64,000 bases of DNA from Verrucomicrobiota bacterium (GCA_039798785.1 JBDKFG010000070.1:10338-74337), one strand, 5' to 3'; numbered from the stretch's first letter, positions 40,413-53,013 are shown. A program made the numbers and translations. The notes: generated from the letters alone by a model not told the origin.

Positions 40413-41884
40413 TTCTTCGGCGGCGCCCCGCCGTCGACACTGAGAATCGGGAAGTTGGAATTTGAAGTGCGCTGAGTCGTGAAGGCGACTTCGGCCCGCT
40501 GGATCAAGGCCTGACCGGCCTCGCTGGCGGCAAGATCCTTCTCCTGACCGAGATCGCTCAAGACGTCATAGACCTGCCAAGGCATGAGTGACTTCTGCAA
40601 ATCGCAGCGCAGGACCATGTAGCGACCGTCGAGCAAGACCGCCTGCTGCCCGCCATACTCCGGGAAATCCCAAAGGCAGGTGGCCGCTTGATACTCCGAT
40701 TCCCTGCCGCTCAGGACCGGGACGATCGAGCGGCCGGTGCTGGCGGGCGCGGGCTTGGCGCCGCTGACTTCGGCTAAAGTCGACATGATGTCGTGAAAAG
40801 ATAAAGCCGCGGAACTCAGCGAGCCGGCCTTGATCTTGCCGGGCCATACCGCGATCATCGGCACCCGGAGGCCGCCGTCGAAGACCGACCCTTTCCGGCC
40901 TCGAAGCGCCCCGACGGAGGAGAAGAATTCGGTGTCGACCCCGCCGACGTTATGAGTGGCGCCGTTGTCTGAGCTGAAGATGATCAAGGTATTGTCATCC
41001 AGCCCATGTTGCTTCAAAGCCTTGCGAAGACGTCCGACATGCTCGTCGAGATAAGTGATCATCGCTGCATAACCGGCACGCGGGCGTGGATGCGGAACAT
41101 ACCCCTTGTCCCCGAGATAAGGGTGGGCGTCCCATTCCTTCGGATACGAATCAACGAGTCGCTGCGGCGGCTGCATGGCGACATGGGGTTCGGTGAGGGA
41201 TAGGTAAAGGAAGAATGGCTTCTTGTCGGTGCCTCGCCTGGCCAGCCAGGCTTCGGCGTCGGCCATCATCCTTTCAGAGCTGTGATCGCTGCCTTGGAAC
41301 TTCCCGAAGTCGCCGGAGGCGTCCTTAAGCCGTCCGTGCCCGGCAACGGCAGGCTTGTTATTGAGCTCGACGCGGACGCCATCGCTCCACAGGTGATCAG
41401 GATAAAAGCTGTGCGCCTGACGCTGGCAGATGTAACCGAAAAAGTGATCGAAACCCTGCTTGTTGGGGTTGCCGGAATTCTGGAATCCGCCGAGGCCCCA
41501 TTTGCCGATACAGGCGCTGGTGTAGCCTTGGGGAGCGAGGATCTCGGGAATGGTGATCTCCTCATCCGGAATCGGCAGCTGAGATTCGTTGCCGGCATCC
41601 TTATTGCCCCGGACATAAGATTGACCGAGATGCTTGCCAGTCATCAAGACGCAGCGGGCCGGGGCGCAGACCGGAGCGCCGCTGCGGGCATTGGTCAGTC
41701 GCATTCCATCCTGGGCAAGAAGGTCGATGTTGGGGGTGCGGATCTTCTTCTGTCCATAACAGCCGAGTTCACCGTAGCCAAGGTCGTCTGCCAAGATGAA
41801 GACGATGTTGGGCTTCGGCGCCGTAGCCGGCTTGGCTGCGGGCTCGGCAAATGCCAGGACCAGAGTCAAAAATGGGGACATCAT
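40409..41884 (-). CDS. Arylsulfatase (S1, Cys-type)
   Basis: 'PNIVFILADDLG', 'CAPAR..LMTGK' (CxPxR), 'GKWGLG', 'SDNG', 'GGLRVP'. Confidence 0.95.
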   Translation of the reverse strand: MMSPFLTLVLAFAEPAAKPATAPKPNIVFILADDLGYGELGCYGQKKIRTPNIDLLAQDGMRLTNARSGAPVCAPARCVLMTGKHLGQSYVRGNKDAGNESQLPIPDEEITIPEILAPQGYTSACIGKWGLGGFQNSGNPNKQGFDHFFGYICQRQAHSFYPDHLWSDGVRVELNNKPAVAGHGRLKDASGDFGKFQGSDHSSERMMADAEAWLARRGTDKKPFFLYLSLTEPHVAMQPPQRLVDSYPKEWDAHPYLGDKGYVPHPRPRAGYAAMITYLDEHVGRLRKALKQHGLDDNTLIIFSSDNGATHNVGGVDTEFFSSVGALRGRKGSVFDGGLRVPMIAVWPGKIKAGSLSSAALSFHDIMSTLAEVSGAKPAPASTGRSIVPVLSGRESEYQAATCLWDFPEYGGQQAVLLDGRYMVLRCDLQKSLMPWQVYDVLSDLGQEKDLAASEAGQALIQRAEVAFTTQRTSNSNFPILSVDGGAPPKN

Positions 41885-41972
41885 AAGATCGTTCTTCCTT
41901 CGGGCTGCTTGCTGAAACTAAATGCCGGAGAGACTCAAATGTTGCGACATGGTTATTTGATTTTGCGACAAT

Positions 41973-42629
41973 TCATTTATTTTCAAGCTTCTTCTTTTCT
42001 TCCGGAGAGGGAGTTTTCGGACTGGTCGAGGGGAAGGGCACGCGGGGGCTCCAGTCAGCGGGCGGGACGTAATTGGGGTCGGGATTGGGGAGTTCAGCGG
42101 CGCACTCGGGGGCGGGGCGAAGAGATTCCAGCGTCAGGCGCCAGGGAAGATTGCAGGATCCGGTCCCGAGCGGGGTGAGACGGGTTTCGGCAGAGAAGAT
42201 GCCGACGACCTCGCAAGGGACGTCTTTGATATAGGGGACAGGCGGGCTGGGACGTATGGCGATGACTTCATGGCTGGCAGGAGATCGGCCGGAGCAGCAT
42301 GCCATCTGGTCGGGCACCAAGAGAAACATGTCGACGAGATCCTCCTGGTTGCTGCATGGCATCATGAAACCGGCGATCCTGACTCTTTTGCCGTCTAGAT
42401 CCTTGAGGCTGGCTGGCATGGCGGCGTTCACCGCCGGGATCTCCTCTTCGAGGATGTCGGTGGCGAGTGATACCGGCAGTTCCCAGCCGGAAAGCTGCTT
42501 CCAGTTGATCTTGACAGGCGGCTGAGCCGTTCCCGTGCCCGGGTTCGATTCGGCGATTTTCGGCGGCTGCGGCTTCTCCTCACAGGAAAAAAGCCATGAG
42601 ACACAGATGAGGAGGAGGCAATATCGCAT
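41973..42629 (-). CDS. DUF3299-like OB-fold lipoprotein
   Basis: Lipobox-like 'LFSC', 'WKQL', 'LDGKRVRIAGFMMP...FLLVP..ACC'. Confidence 0.75.
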   Translation of the reverse strand: MRYCLLLICVSWLFSCEEKPQPPKIAESNPGTGTAQPPVKINWKQLSGWELPVSLATDILEEEIPAVNAAMPASLKDLDGKRVRIAGFMMPCSNQEDLVDMFLLVPDQMACCSGRSPASHEVIAIRPSPPVPYIKDVPCEVVGIFSAETRLTPLGTGSCNLPWRLTLESLRPAPECAAELPNPDPNYVPPADWSPRVPFPSTSPKTPSPEEKKKLENK

Positions 42630-43012
42630 AGGGGCTATCCGTTATAAGTCAGTTGGGAGATATTAGCTCCCCGTCAAAAGCTCGCCCCTCGGTGAGTTGA
42701 TTATCCATTCAGCAAATTGACAGGAAACTGAGCATGTCAAAACGGAGCGAGATCAGTGAAGAGGAACTCGAGGCTTGGATTGCCGGAGTCCATCAATCCT
42801 GCCCCTGCGAAGGCCGCCGCGGCCAGGCCGACGACCCTTTGACCAGATCCTGGATCAAGCAGCAGGACGTCACCCGCCAAAACTGCAGCGAAGCCCCGGA
42901 AAGCAACTGAATTCGCCAGTGTCATTTTTATTGATTTTAATGATGGCAAGCTTGCCGGATCAGCGTCTGCCAGTTTATACTTAAAGAAGTCCCACCACAT
43001 CTCATCAAGGAG

Positions 43013-44977
43013 TTGACCATGAATTGGATGCTGAAGATCGCACTGTTTGTCGGGATAAGCCCATCGGTCCTGCTGGCACAAGGAAAGACCGAGGCAGATC
43101 AGACCGCGCCGCATCCGATGGGGCTGGGCATTCTCGGAGCCGAAGGCAATTACCAGGTCGATCACAATGACATCTCGGTCACTGCGGTTCAAAGCGGCGG
43201 TCTGGTGGCAGGCATTGGACTGCAGGTTGGCGACAAGATCTTCGGCGCCAACGGCAAGGACTTCGAAGCCGCGACCAACAACATCCTCGACGGCGGCAAG
43301 GGACCTCAAGAAGGCCTTGGCTATGCCATCCAGTCCAGCCTGAAGAACCGCACTCCGCTGGAATTGAAGGTGAAGCGAGGCTCGCAGACCCTCACCCTCA
43401 AGGTCCCCCTGCCGCCGCTCCGTCCCTTTGCCAAATCTTATCCGGAGAACTGTCCTCGCACCGACAAGATCCTTGAGGAGTGGTGCTCCTATCTCAGAGC
43501 CAACGCCGGACCCGATGTGGCCTGGGGCAACCGCTATGTCACCAGCAGCGCTTGCGGACTCTGTCTTCTCGCCAACGGCGACAAGAAAGATGCCAAGATG
43601 CTGAAAGATCTGGCGCATCGCTTCTGCCAGGAATGGGAAACCTTGAAGGTTCAAGGCGGCCTTCACTCCTGGAATGTCGTTTACACCGGCACCTATCTTT
43701 GCGAGTACTATCTGGCGACCGGCGACACCGCCGTACTGCCGACGATCAAGCTGATTTGCGAAGACTTGGTCAAACGCTTGGGCGCCAACGGCCGCAGCGG
43801 CCACGGTTACGAAGTGGGCTACGACGGCGCCGGCCTCAACATCATCACCACCAACAAGCTTCTGGTCTGGGCGCTCGCCGGCAAATGCGGCGTCAAGATC
43901 GACACCGAGGCCTTTGACCGTGCCTACAAGCACTGCCTCGCTTCTCAGCAGGGGGACGGCTGCGTCTGCTACATCATCAACGGAGGCGGAGCCGACGGCC
44001 TCGGCCGCACCGGCATCTTCGCCCTGGCCATGGCGATCAGCGGCAAGGACAAGGAGAAAGGCCTCTTCGCCAGCACCTTCATCCACACTCATATGAAGCA
44101 GGCCCGCGAATGCCACGCCAACGGCGTCATGGGCATGCTCTGGGCTCCCGCCGCCCTCTCGCTCTACAACCAGAAAGGCTACCGCGAGTTCATGGATTAC
44201 TGGGCCTGGTACTTCGAGCTGGCGAACCGTCCAGAGAAAGACGCCATGCCGGTCTGGTACATCGGATCGAAACGCAACAACGGTGGCGACGAATACCTCA
44301 ACAAGGAACTTTATTTCCTTGGCTGCGCCGGCAGCGCCCTCGCCGTCGGAAAACACAATCTCTTCATCCACGGCAACACCAAGCGCGGCTGGCTGCTCGG
44401 CAAGCGGAGCGGCGGCATGATCGCCGCCTATCGCACCTCCTGCAAAAGCAGCGCCGAGCTGCTCGATGCAGTGGCCGACAAGGTCGAAGACTTGAGCGCT
44501 CCCGAGGAGCTCAAGGACGCACTTGCCTTCTCTCGCGACGCCGCCCGCATCTCTGAGAAAGGGAAGAACTTCCGCGAGGAGCTGATCGGCAAAGTCCGGA
44601 CTCGTGCCGGCAAGCTTGCAGCATTCTCCGCACTCCGTCCTGCTTACGCCCAGAGTCGCCTCAAGACGCTCGGGGACCTGTGCTCCGCCGACGCCGAGCT
44701 GGGCCCTGAAATGAAACTGCTCTACAAGCGCGCCGGCGGCGATCCCTCCCGCAGCGCCCCGGCGGCGGTCCTCTACGATGAAGCCGCATCCTTGCTGGGG
44801 GGGGGAGGCGACGGCAAGAAGATCTCCGCCTCGACTCAAGCGATCCGATTCAAAAGCTTCGTCACCAAGATCGAAGCCTTGTGCAAGGCTCGCGACATCA
44901 GCGCCGATGAAAGGCTGGAGCTGGAGGCCCTCGCCGAATGGGCGCGCAACAAAGCGCAAAGCTTGTCGGAGTCTTGA
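43013..44977 (+). CDS. DUF6288-like secreted protein (PDZ-like + alpha/alpha-barrel)
   Basis: Signal peptide, 'GLQVGDKIFGANG', 'YPENCPRT', 'GLCLLANG', 'LCEYYLATGD'. Confidence 0.75.
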   Translation: MTMNWMLKIALFVGISPSVLLAQGKTEADQTAPHPMGLGILGAEGNYQVDHNDISVTAVQSGGLVAGIGLQVGDKIFGANGKDFEAATNNILDGGKGPQEGLGYAIQSSLKNRTPLELKVKRGSQTLTLKVPLPPLRPFAKSYPENCPRTDKILEEWCSYLRANAGPDVAWGNRYVTSSACGLCLLANGDKKDAKMLKDLAHRFCQEWETLKVQGGLHSWNVVYTGTYLCEYYLATGDTAVLPTIKLICEDLVKRLGANGRSGHGYEVGYDGAGLNIITTNKLLVWALAGKCGVKIDTEAFDRAYKHCLASQQGDGCVCYIINGGGADGLGRTGIFALAMAISGKDKEKGLFASTFIHTHMKQARECHANGVMGMLWAPAALSLYNQKGYREFMDYWAWYFELANRPEKDAMPVWYIGSKRNNGGDEYLNKELYFLGCAGSALAVGKHNLFIHGNTKRGWLLGKRSGGMIAAYRTSCKSSAELLDAVADKVEDLSAPEELKDALAFSRDAARISEKGKNFREELIGKVRTRAGKLAAFSALRPAYAQSRLKTLGDLCSADAELGPEMKLLYKRAGGDPSRSAPAAVLYDEAASLLGGGGDGKKISASTQAIRFKSFVTKIEALCKARDISADERLELEALAEWARNKAQSLSES

Positions 44978-46975
44978 ATGAACGAGCCTGTTCAAGAACC
45001 GAATCTGGTCTGCCCTTCCTGCGGCACCAGCACGCCTTGCGGAGACGCGCCCCCCTTCAGCGTCCTCCCCTGCAGCGGCTGCTCCACCTCTCTCGACGTG
45101 CCCATGCACTTCAGCACCCTCACCTTGACCTCCCGACTCGGGGAATCGGCCCTTGGCGTCGTCTGCAAAAGCAAGGACGCCGAGGGACCGGGGCTGGTGC
45201 GGATACTTTGCGGCAAAGTCGATTTGAAAGAGGAGGTGAGCGCGGAGAAGCTGCTCGAAACGGTCTCCCCCCTCAATTTCCGCCAACAAGCCGGCTTTGC
45301 GCTCGCCACCAAAGTGGTCGAAGATGATGGTGTCTTCGCCCTTCACCGTCCCTTCGTGAACGCCTCGGCCGGCGCCAGGCTCAAGGAGAAAGGTGCCATC
45401 GACCGCCTCAAGACACTGATCATCATGGAGCAGACCTGCCGCTTACTGAAATCCTGGACAGAAGCCAAGTTCCATCCCGTTCTGCGGCCGTCGCAACTCG
45501 GCCTTGACGCCGACGGCCGCGTCGTCCTTCTCGATCCGGGCCTCCATGAGTCGCTGGTCTCTCACGCTCTGGTCGAGGAGAGCTCCATCCCCAAACTCAT
45601 TCCAGCTCCCTACGCCGGTAAAAACTTCCTCGCCAAGCAACGCTTCGACCTCTCAGGGACGATCTATTCCATCGCCGTTACCGCCCATGAGCTCCTGACC
45701 GGCAAGCTTCCCTGCACCATCGAGATCCCGAAAGTCCAGCTCACCGCTCGTTCGGCGTTGACTCCAGACAGCGGCCTTCCTAGTGATCTCCGCGACTTCC
45801 TCCAACCTCTCTTGCGGGAAGAAGCGACTCCCTCCCTGCAATTGCTTGCCGATCAGTTCAAGGCTTTGCAGACGCCAGGGACCCCCCTTCCCGGCGCCGA
45901 CGCAGGCGCACCACCACCGCCGGCCGCTGCCGCCATCGCACTGGAGCCATCTTCCGCAAGCTCTGAGCTTGTCGCGAAAACTGAAGCCAAGTCCCCCGAG
46001 CCCCAGATAAAACTCCAAATTTCCGAGAACGAGCCTCGCCGCCACATGCGTCGCGGCAGCAGCACGGGCGGCATCAGTGCCAGCACTGTCGGCATCGTCG
46101 TCCTCGGTGTCGGCACTCTCTGCCTGCTGCCCCTCCTCTTCCAAAAGAAGGATGCGCCGCCCCACCTTGCCCAGACCCAGCCGGCGCAACGTAAAGCCAC
46201 TCCGCCCCCTGCTCCGCCCCCCAAAGCGCCGCAGCAGACTCCTCCCAAGAGCCGCGCGCTGATGGACAGCCTGATCCCCGTCGACATCAAGGACGGAGGC
46301 GGCCCTCAAGTCGTCAAACAAGAGCTGGTTCAAGAAGAAGTTTCGCTTTTCGACCGCATGATGCGCGGCGAAGACACCGTCGCCGATGCTCCTGCCGTGC
46401 TCCTCTCCGCCGCCGACATACCAAAAGCCTACGGCAAACTGCGCCCGCCGGACTTCCAAATCAATCTCCTGCGCGCGGAATGCAACAACATCCTCGCGTC
46501 CATCCCCGCCGAGCGGCGCGAAATGGAAGGCAAGCGATTTGACTATCTCCAAGATGTCATGTCGCGTGTGGTCAAGGCGATCCGTTACGGCACCGCACAC
46601 AAGGGGCAATTCCCCTGCGGCGAGGGCAAAGCCATGGTCGGTGAACTCACTAATGCGGATTGGAGCGGCATCACCGTCATCACCTCGTCAGGCGAGAAAA
46701 AAATCTCCTGGCAGCAAGGAGGGCTTGCCCTTCTCCACGATCTCACCGTGTGGTACGCCCAGGAACCCCTCGCCAAGGGATTGCCCGACGACGATGTTCC
46801 GGTGGAAATTCTTGCCGAGGCTGCCCGCTGGTATGCTAATCTGGCCGTTATCGCCGCCTGGTACGGTGACGACGAAATGGCCGCCGAAGCCTATCGTAAA
46901 GTCAGGCTGATCTCCCCTTCACTCGGCAAGGAAATCAAACCCATGCTCACCCGCCCGCCCGAACTGGCCCAATAA
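44978..46975 (+). CDS. Zinc ribbon + degenerate protein kinase (pseudokinase) + TM + extracytoplasmic domain
   Basis: CPSC/CSGC; 'HPVLRPSQL...LLDPGL' in place of HRDxKPxN/DFG; 'IYSIAVTAHELLTGKLP'; one TM; Pro-rich linkers. Confidence 0.75.
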   Translation: MNEPVQEPNLVCPSCGTSTPCGDAPPFSVLPCSGCSTSLDVPMHFSTLTLTSRLGESALGVVCKSKDAEGPGLVRILCGKVDLKEEVSAEKLLETVSPLNFRQQAGFALATKVVEDDGVFALHRPFVNASAGARLKEKGAIDRLKTLIIMEQTCRLLKSWTEAKFHPVLRPSQLGLDADGRVVLLDPGLHESLVSHALVEESSIPKLIPAPYAGKNFLAKQRFDLSGTIYSIAVTAHELLTGKLPCTIEIPKVQLTARSALTPDSGLPSDLRDFLQPLLREEATPSLQLLADQFKALQTPGTPLPGADAGAPPPPAAAAIALEPSSASSELVAKTEAKSPEPQIKLQISENEPRRHMRRGSSTGGISASTVGIVVLGVGTLCLLPLLFQKKDAPPHLAQTQPAQRKATPPPAPPPKAPQQTPPKSRALMDSLIPVDIKDGGGPQVVKQELVQEEVSLFDRMMRGEDTVADAPAVLLSAADIPKAYGKLRPPDFQINLLRAECNNILASIPAERREMEGKRFDYLQDVMSRVVKAIRYGTAHKGQFPCGEGKAMVGELTNADWSGITVITSSGEKKISWQQGGLALLHDLTVWYAQEPLAKGLPDDDVPVEILAEAARWYANLAVIAAWYGDDEMAAEAYRKVRLISPSLGKEIKPMLTRPPELAQ

Positions 46976-47017
46976 GGTACTGGGCGGCGCAGTCAACTCA
47001 TTACAGGACGCTTCAAG

Positions 47018-47563
47018 TCACTTCTCCTCGACATGGCCGTCACCAAGAAGAATGTTCTCCTTCCCGTTGACTTTGTGCTTGCACTCGACCGGGGTGGTTC
47101 CGACGTCGGAGATCAGAAGGGAATCGCAATTGTTGACCACAGCCCAGGTGTCTCCGGCAAGGAAGGGTGTCGGCACCGCAACGATGTAGTTGCGCAAGCT
47201 TCCCCCTCCCTTGTTAAAGGCGAAATCACCGAGCGGACTAAAGGAATTGTGACTGCTGGCCCGCGCCGCGGCGCAACTGAGAATGGCGTTGTCGAAACCA
47301 AAGCCCTGGATGCCGGTGACGGGATGAGTATTGGCGGCATTGATCTCAATCCGTGCGACCAAGGAGGAGCCGAATTCGCGCGATGTTCCATCGGAGTAGT
47401 AGGTCCCCAAGCTGAGCCCCATCTGCTTCAAGTGATTTTTGCACTTGCTGACATTCGCCCGTTCGCGGACGGATCCGAGAGCTGGGAGGAGCATCGCGGC
47501 CAAGATGCCGATGATGGCCACCACCACCAGCAACTCGATCAAGGTGAATGAGCGGCTGCGCAT
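47018..47563 (-). CDS. Prepilin-type N-terminal cleavage/methylation protein with H-X9-DG C-terminus (DUF1559-like)
   Basis: '[29 protein letters not shown]....CKNHLKQMG'; 'H....[10 protein letters not shown]'. Confidence 0.92.
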   Translation of the reverse strand: MRSRSFTLIELLVVVAIIGILAAMLLPALGSVRERANVSKCKNHLKQMGLSLGTYYSDGTSREFGSSLVARIEINAANTHPVTGIQGFGFDNAILSCAAARASSHNSFSPLGDFAFNKGGGSLRNYIVAVPTPFLAGDTWAVVNNCDSLLISDVGTTPVECKHKVNGKENILLGDGHVEEK

Positions 47564-47652
47564 TTCGGGCCTCCTGTTTGAACCCATTGTAGACCGCCTA
47601 GCCGCTCGTCACAAGTCCCTGATAGGCTCCCTTTGCAGATCAACGGACCGAT

Positions 47653-50451
47653 TCATTCCACTGACAGTTCCTGCACGGCACTGTGCTCGCCCTTATCATT
47701 CAAAGGCTCCAAGACCCAGAGGACATAGCGGGCAGTGGCAAGCAAGCCTTGTGACTTGAGCTGAGTCGACACCATCTCAGTGTCGGCATCGGCACGGATG
47801 GCGGCCAAGGGCTGACATTTCGACAAGTCAAAACCTGGATCTTCGACACTCGCATAGACAATCAATCGTTGGGCGCTGCGTCGTCCGTCTTGATTGAAGC
47901 TCCAAGTGTTGATGGCGGAAATCTTCTGGACCGCACCGAGATCCATCTTGTAGATTCCCCGGCCGACGTCATTGCCGAAAATGGCACCGTAATTCCGAGC
48001 CAGAGCCCCGTCGACAAGTGTGCCGAGAGCTTCGTTGCGGGTCTCAGGCCTGGAGCTGAGGCGGCCACTCGTCGCCGGACCCGGCAGGGCTTTGCCCGGG
48101 ACCACGAACTCATAGCTTTCTATTCTGAGAGTCATCGGCTTCTGGCCTCGGACCAGGCTGATCACCAGGGGCTTGCCGGCGGACGCGTCGCGCTGCTTCA
48201 GGAAGTCGCGGATGCGAGGGGTCTTGACGCCGTTAAGCCCCAGAATCAGATCGCCGGCAAGGAAGCCCGCCCTGGAAGCGGCGCTGTCCGGAGAGACCAT
48301 TTCCATGGCGATGCCGCCGTCGACGCGGGCGACTCCATAAGCAGAGAATTCTTCGCCTCCGATGTCCCGAACCTTGGCTTGCAGCCAGACCGCAGCATCC
48401 AAGGTCTCCCCGGAATTGGCCTTGAATTTCATGCTGGGCATCTCAGGGCATCTCGCAATGGCGCGCAGCTTCGCGATGCGGACTCCATAGGTGATCTTCG
48501 GCAGCGACGGTATGCCGAAGTCTTTGGCGGCGGAACTGGCCTTGAAGCTGAAATCTCCCTGTGTCGGATCATTGAAACCGGGTTCACCGGATTTCGATGC
48601 TGCATCGCAGCCTTGCTTCAGAAACCTGGCGCAATCTTCGGCGGCGCTGAAGAAATTGCCGTCGATGCGGCCCGGCCAGGTGCCACCGGGCATCACCGCA
48701 GGTGCGTGTGCCGCCATGAAGAGGTTGCCGCTCACTTCGTCGCCACAATGAGGATACCAGACATGCGGATGCAAGCCGTTGTTGATAACAATATTACCGG
48801 TTGCCTTCCGGTAGAAGCCTTCGCGCAGCTTGAGTCCGCCATTGAGCAGGAGATTGCCGCTGATTTGGTAGTTTGACGAACCGTCGTCGAGGTCGATGTC
48901 CCAACCGTGGTCGCAGCGCCAGCGCGAGTTGCGAAGGATGTTGGTCTCCACCACGTCGAGCTTGGCGAGCTCGGCCATCCTCTCTGGCGTGCAGTCCTTC
49001 AATCCCCAGAAGCGGTCGCGCCCCCAGGAGTTGAAACTGCCGTGGTCGCCGGTTTCTTTCACCGTATCAAAGACATCGCAGCCTTCGACGATGTGCCCCC
49101 CCCAGCAGCCGTCGCCGATGTTGATGCCGGCGCGGGGCATGTCGTAGATGCTGCAGTGACGAACGGTGATCCGCGCGGCCATGTCCATGCCGACGCCGGT
49201 GGCCTGTTTCTCGACCCGGCCGATCTCGTGAATGAGACAGTCTTCGACGAGGCAATCTGCCGGATAGTCATCAGTCTTGGGGCCGGGCGTCAGGTCGATG
49301 TCCTTTAGGCTCTGGCGCTGATTGTATTCGAAGAGCGGGTTGCGCACCGCCTTGGGCAGGCCGACGAACATGATGCCGCCGGCGCCCGCCTGATAAATTC
49401 GGTTGCTGCGGAACTGAAGGCGGCGATTGTAACCGCTGGCGAAGATGGCGTTGCCGCCGAGCTGATCAAAGAAACAGTCCTCGGCAGAGCAATCGGTGGC
49501 CCCCTCGAAGTAGAGTGCTCCGGCGCGGCAGATGGTCCAGTCAGTCCGCAGCAAGGGCTCTTTGGTCTCCATGAAGGTGCGGACGCTGTGGCGGAAGGTC
49601 AATCCCTTGAGGGCGACGTGCTGCACCGGCTTAGCGATGTCGCCGCGAAATTCGATCAGGTTTTTCAGCCGTGCGGCCTCCACCTGGGCCTTGCCGAGAT
49701 CGATGCCGGCTGGTGGATGATAGTAGAGGCTCCGGCTCTTGGAATTGAAGAACCATTCACCTGGTGCATCGAGCTCCTCGAAGATGTTTTCGACGTAGCG
49801 ATCTCTGTGGTGCGGAGCGCTGGCACGGTTTCCCTGCCAGCCGCCTTCCATCCTGACATTCCCATTTTCGTCCTTGCCGATGATGCGGTAGCTGAAGCCG
49901 CCCCAGTGATGCTCGTGCATGGCGTGCATGAATCCACCTGCAGGATCGGCCCACCGTGCGGCCCGTTCGCGACTGACGCAATCAGATGCGGTGCCGTTGA
50001 AGACTTTCGCATTGACGTCGAAGTCCGGATAGCGGGCCATTACCTGCCTCGCGCCGTTAATGAAGAGCTGATCAATGTCGATGCCCGCCGGCACCTGAGC
50101 CTGGAAAATGCCATCCTTCCACGGCTTCCATTCGAGCTTGAGAACGGCGCCGCCGCTGATCACCGCATCCTCTCCAGATACAGATTGCCAAAGCACGGGA
50201 AACACCGCAGTGCCGGAATCGACAGCCGTGAAGACCAAGGGCTGGGAGAGATGATAGACGCCGCCATGGAGATGAACCGTCACTGCCTCCTTGCCGAGGA
50301 AGGAACGCGCTGCCTTCTGAGCAGCGGCGAGACTTTGAAGCGGCTTGCTGGCACTTCCGTCGTTGCGATCGTCTCCTTGCGGCGAGAGGTGGATGTCTGC
50401 TGCAGCGGCGCTGCAACAGGCGGCGAGTAAAGCAAGGACGAAGTTTTTCAT
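47653..50451 (-). CDS. Secreted right-handed beta-helix protein (GH141-like) with PDZ and C-terminal beta-sandwich
   Basis: 'ISGG', 'QLFING..QVMARYP', 'YVENIFEELDAPGEWF', parallel beta-helix repeats, 'IDLDDGSS', PDZ 'SPDSAASRAGFLAGDLILGLNG'. Confidence 0.82.
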   Translation of the reverse strand: MKNFVLALLAACCSAAAADIHLSPQGDDRNDGSASKPLQSLAAAQKAARSFLGKEAVTVHLHGGVYHLSQPLVFTAVDSGTAVFPVLWQSVSGEDAVISGGAVLKLEWKPWKDGIFQAQVPAGIDIDQLFINGARQVMARYPDFDVNAKVFNGTASDCVSRERAARWADPAGGFMHAMHEHHWGGFSYRIIGKDENGNVRMEGGWQGNRASAPHHRDRYVENIFEELDAPGEWFFNSKSRSLYYHPPAGIDLGKAQVEAARLKNLIEFRGDIAKPVQHVALKGLTFRHSVRTFMETKEPLLRTDWTICRAGALYFEGATDCSAEDCFFDQLGGNAIFASGYNRRLQFRSNRIYQAGAGGIMFVGLPKAVRNPLFEYNQRQSLKDIDLTPGPKTDDYPADCLVEDCLIHEIGRVEKQATGVGMDMAARITVRHCSIYDMPRAGINIGDGCWGGHIVEGCDVFDTVKETGDHGSFNSWGRDRFWGLKDCTPERMAELAKLDVVETNILRNSRWRCDHGWDIDLDDGSSNYQISGNLLLNGGLKLREGFYRKATGNIVINNGLHPHVWYPHCGDEVSGNLFMAAHAPAVMPGGTWPGRIDGNFFSAAEDCARFLKQGCDAASKSGEPGFNDPTQGDFSFKASSAAKDFGIPSLPKITYGVRIAKLRAIARCPEMPSMKFKANSGETLDAAVWLQAKVRDIGGEEFSAYGVARVDGGIAMEMVSPDSAASRAGFLAGDLILGLNGVKTPRIRDFLKQRDASAGKPLVISLVRGQKPMTLRIESYEFVVPGKALPGPATSGRLSSRPETRNEALGTLVDGALARNYGAIFGNDVGRGIYKMDLGAVQKISAINTWSFNQDGRRSAQRLIVYASVEDPGFDLSKCQPLAAIRADADTEMVSTQLKSQGLLATARYVLWVLEPLNDKGEHSAVQELSVE

Positions 50452-50687
50452 GTCGGGATTCCTGAGTTGGCCTTGGGAGTCAGAGTCTCAAAACCGAGAC
50501 CTGTTCCATAAAATCCCATTTTTTATAATAATCAAGGGCTGAAGAAGCTCAGGTCACCGATTTCCGTCTTGCTCCATCCGAATTCTACGGTCTCACTTGG
50601 GTCCCGGTTCCACCGGGATAGGAGAAACGCGTGCACCACGTCAAAGCCCGTCGCATTCCTGCGACGGGCTTCTCAATCTTCTGGATG

Positions 50688-52184
<1,497 letters not shown>

Positions 52185-52232
52185 GGGATCTCTCCTTGAT
52201 CTCTGGGGGTTCTCTTCGCTCAATTCGTAATT

Positions 52233-52261
52233 CTTAAACTCTTAACTCTTAACTCTTAACT
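52233..52261. repeat. Heptamer repeat (CTTAACT)x3 plus one variant
   Basis: Starts 2 bp after the nrfH stop. Confidence 0.9.
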
Positions 52262-52263
52262 GT

Positions 52264-52758
52264 TTACCTTCCGCCGTGGCCGACGGTGGCGTGGCAGCGG
52301 ATGCAATTGACTTCATCGGTTTTGCCGAGCTTGGCGTGACCGGCGATAGCATCAGTGAGCTTGCCGTGGCAGCGCAGACAATTGTCCTGGATTTCCCGGC
52401 GGGATTCAGGATGTACCTGAATCGGGTCGTGGTAGTCACCGGTGGTGAAGGCTTTGGAGTGCCTCCAGCCATGCTTGGCCTTCGCCAGATATTTGCCGAG
52501 CAAATCATGGGGGACATGGCAGTCGTTGCAACTGGCAACGGCGTGATGCGAGCTTTTCTGCCAAGAGTCGTAGTTGTCATTCATCACGTGGCAATTGACG
52601 CAAGCCTTGGGGTCATTGCTCAGATAGCTAAGCCCTCGAGCGTCTGCGAAAGTGTAGGCGCCCATACCTAGGACCATGCTCAAGACAAGAAAGAGCATCA
52701 CCGCAGGACGACGGAAAAACCGCGTCTTCGGCGTTGCTGGCGCTAGATTCGTGTCCAT
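52264..52758 (-). CDS. nrfH: Tetraheme quinol dehydrogenase, nitrite reductase small subunit
   Basis: N-terminal TM, 'SYLSNDPKACVNCHVM', CNDCH, CLRCH, CIRCH; adjacent to nrfA. Confidence 0.95.
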   Translation of the reverse strand: MDTNLAPATPKTRFFRRPAVMLFLVLSMVLGMGAYTFADARGLSYLSNDPKACVNCHVMNDNYDSWQKSSHHAVASCNDCHVPHDLLGKYLAKAKHGWRHSKAFTTGDYHDPIQVHPESRREIQDNCLRCHGKLTDAIAGHAKLGKTDEVNCIRCHATVGHGGR

Positions 52759-53013
52759 TGGCTGAGTCTCCGGTGTTTCTGAATGTGGATTCCAAGAGAC
52801 AACTTTAGCAGTCAGAACATCAGAGGCCTTGGAATTAAGCTTCTTATACTTGCTTTATAAAGATTTAAAAAAATATAGAAACCCGGATGCATCCGAAATC
52901 GTCCAGTCCGGACGCGCTTCATGAGCTACAGAGCTTCAGTGAAGAGGTGAAGAGGGTGGAGAGCGGCCAGAACCGCGCTAAGATGGCCCATCCACAAAGA
53001 GGAGAAGTGATCC

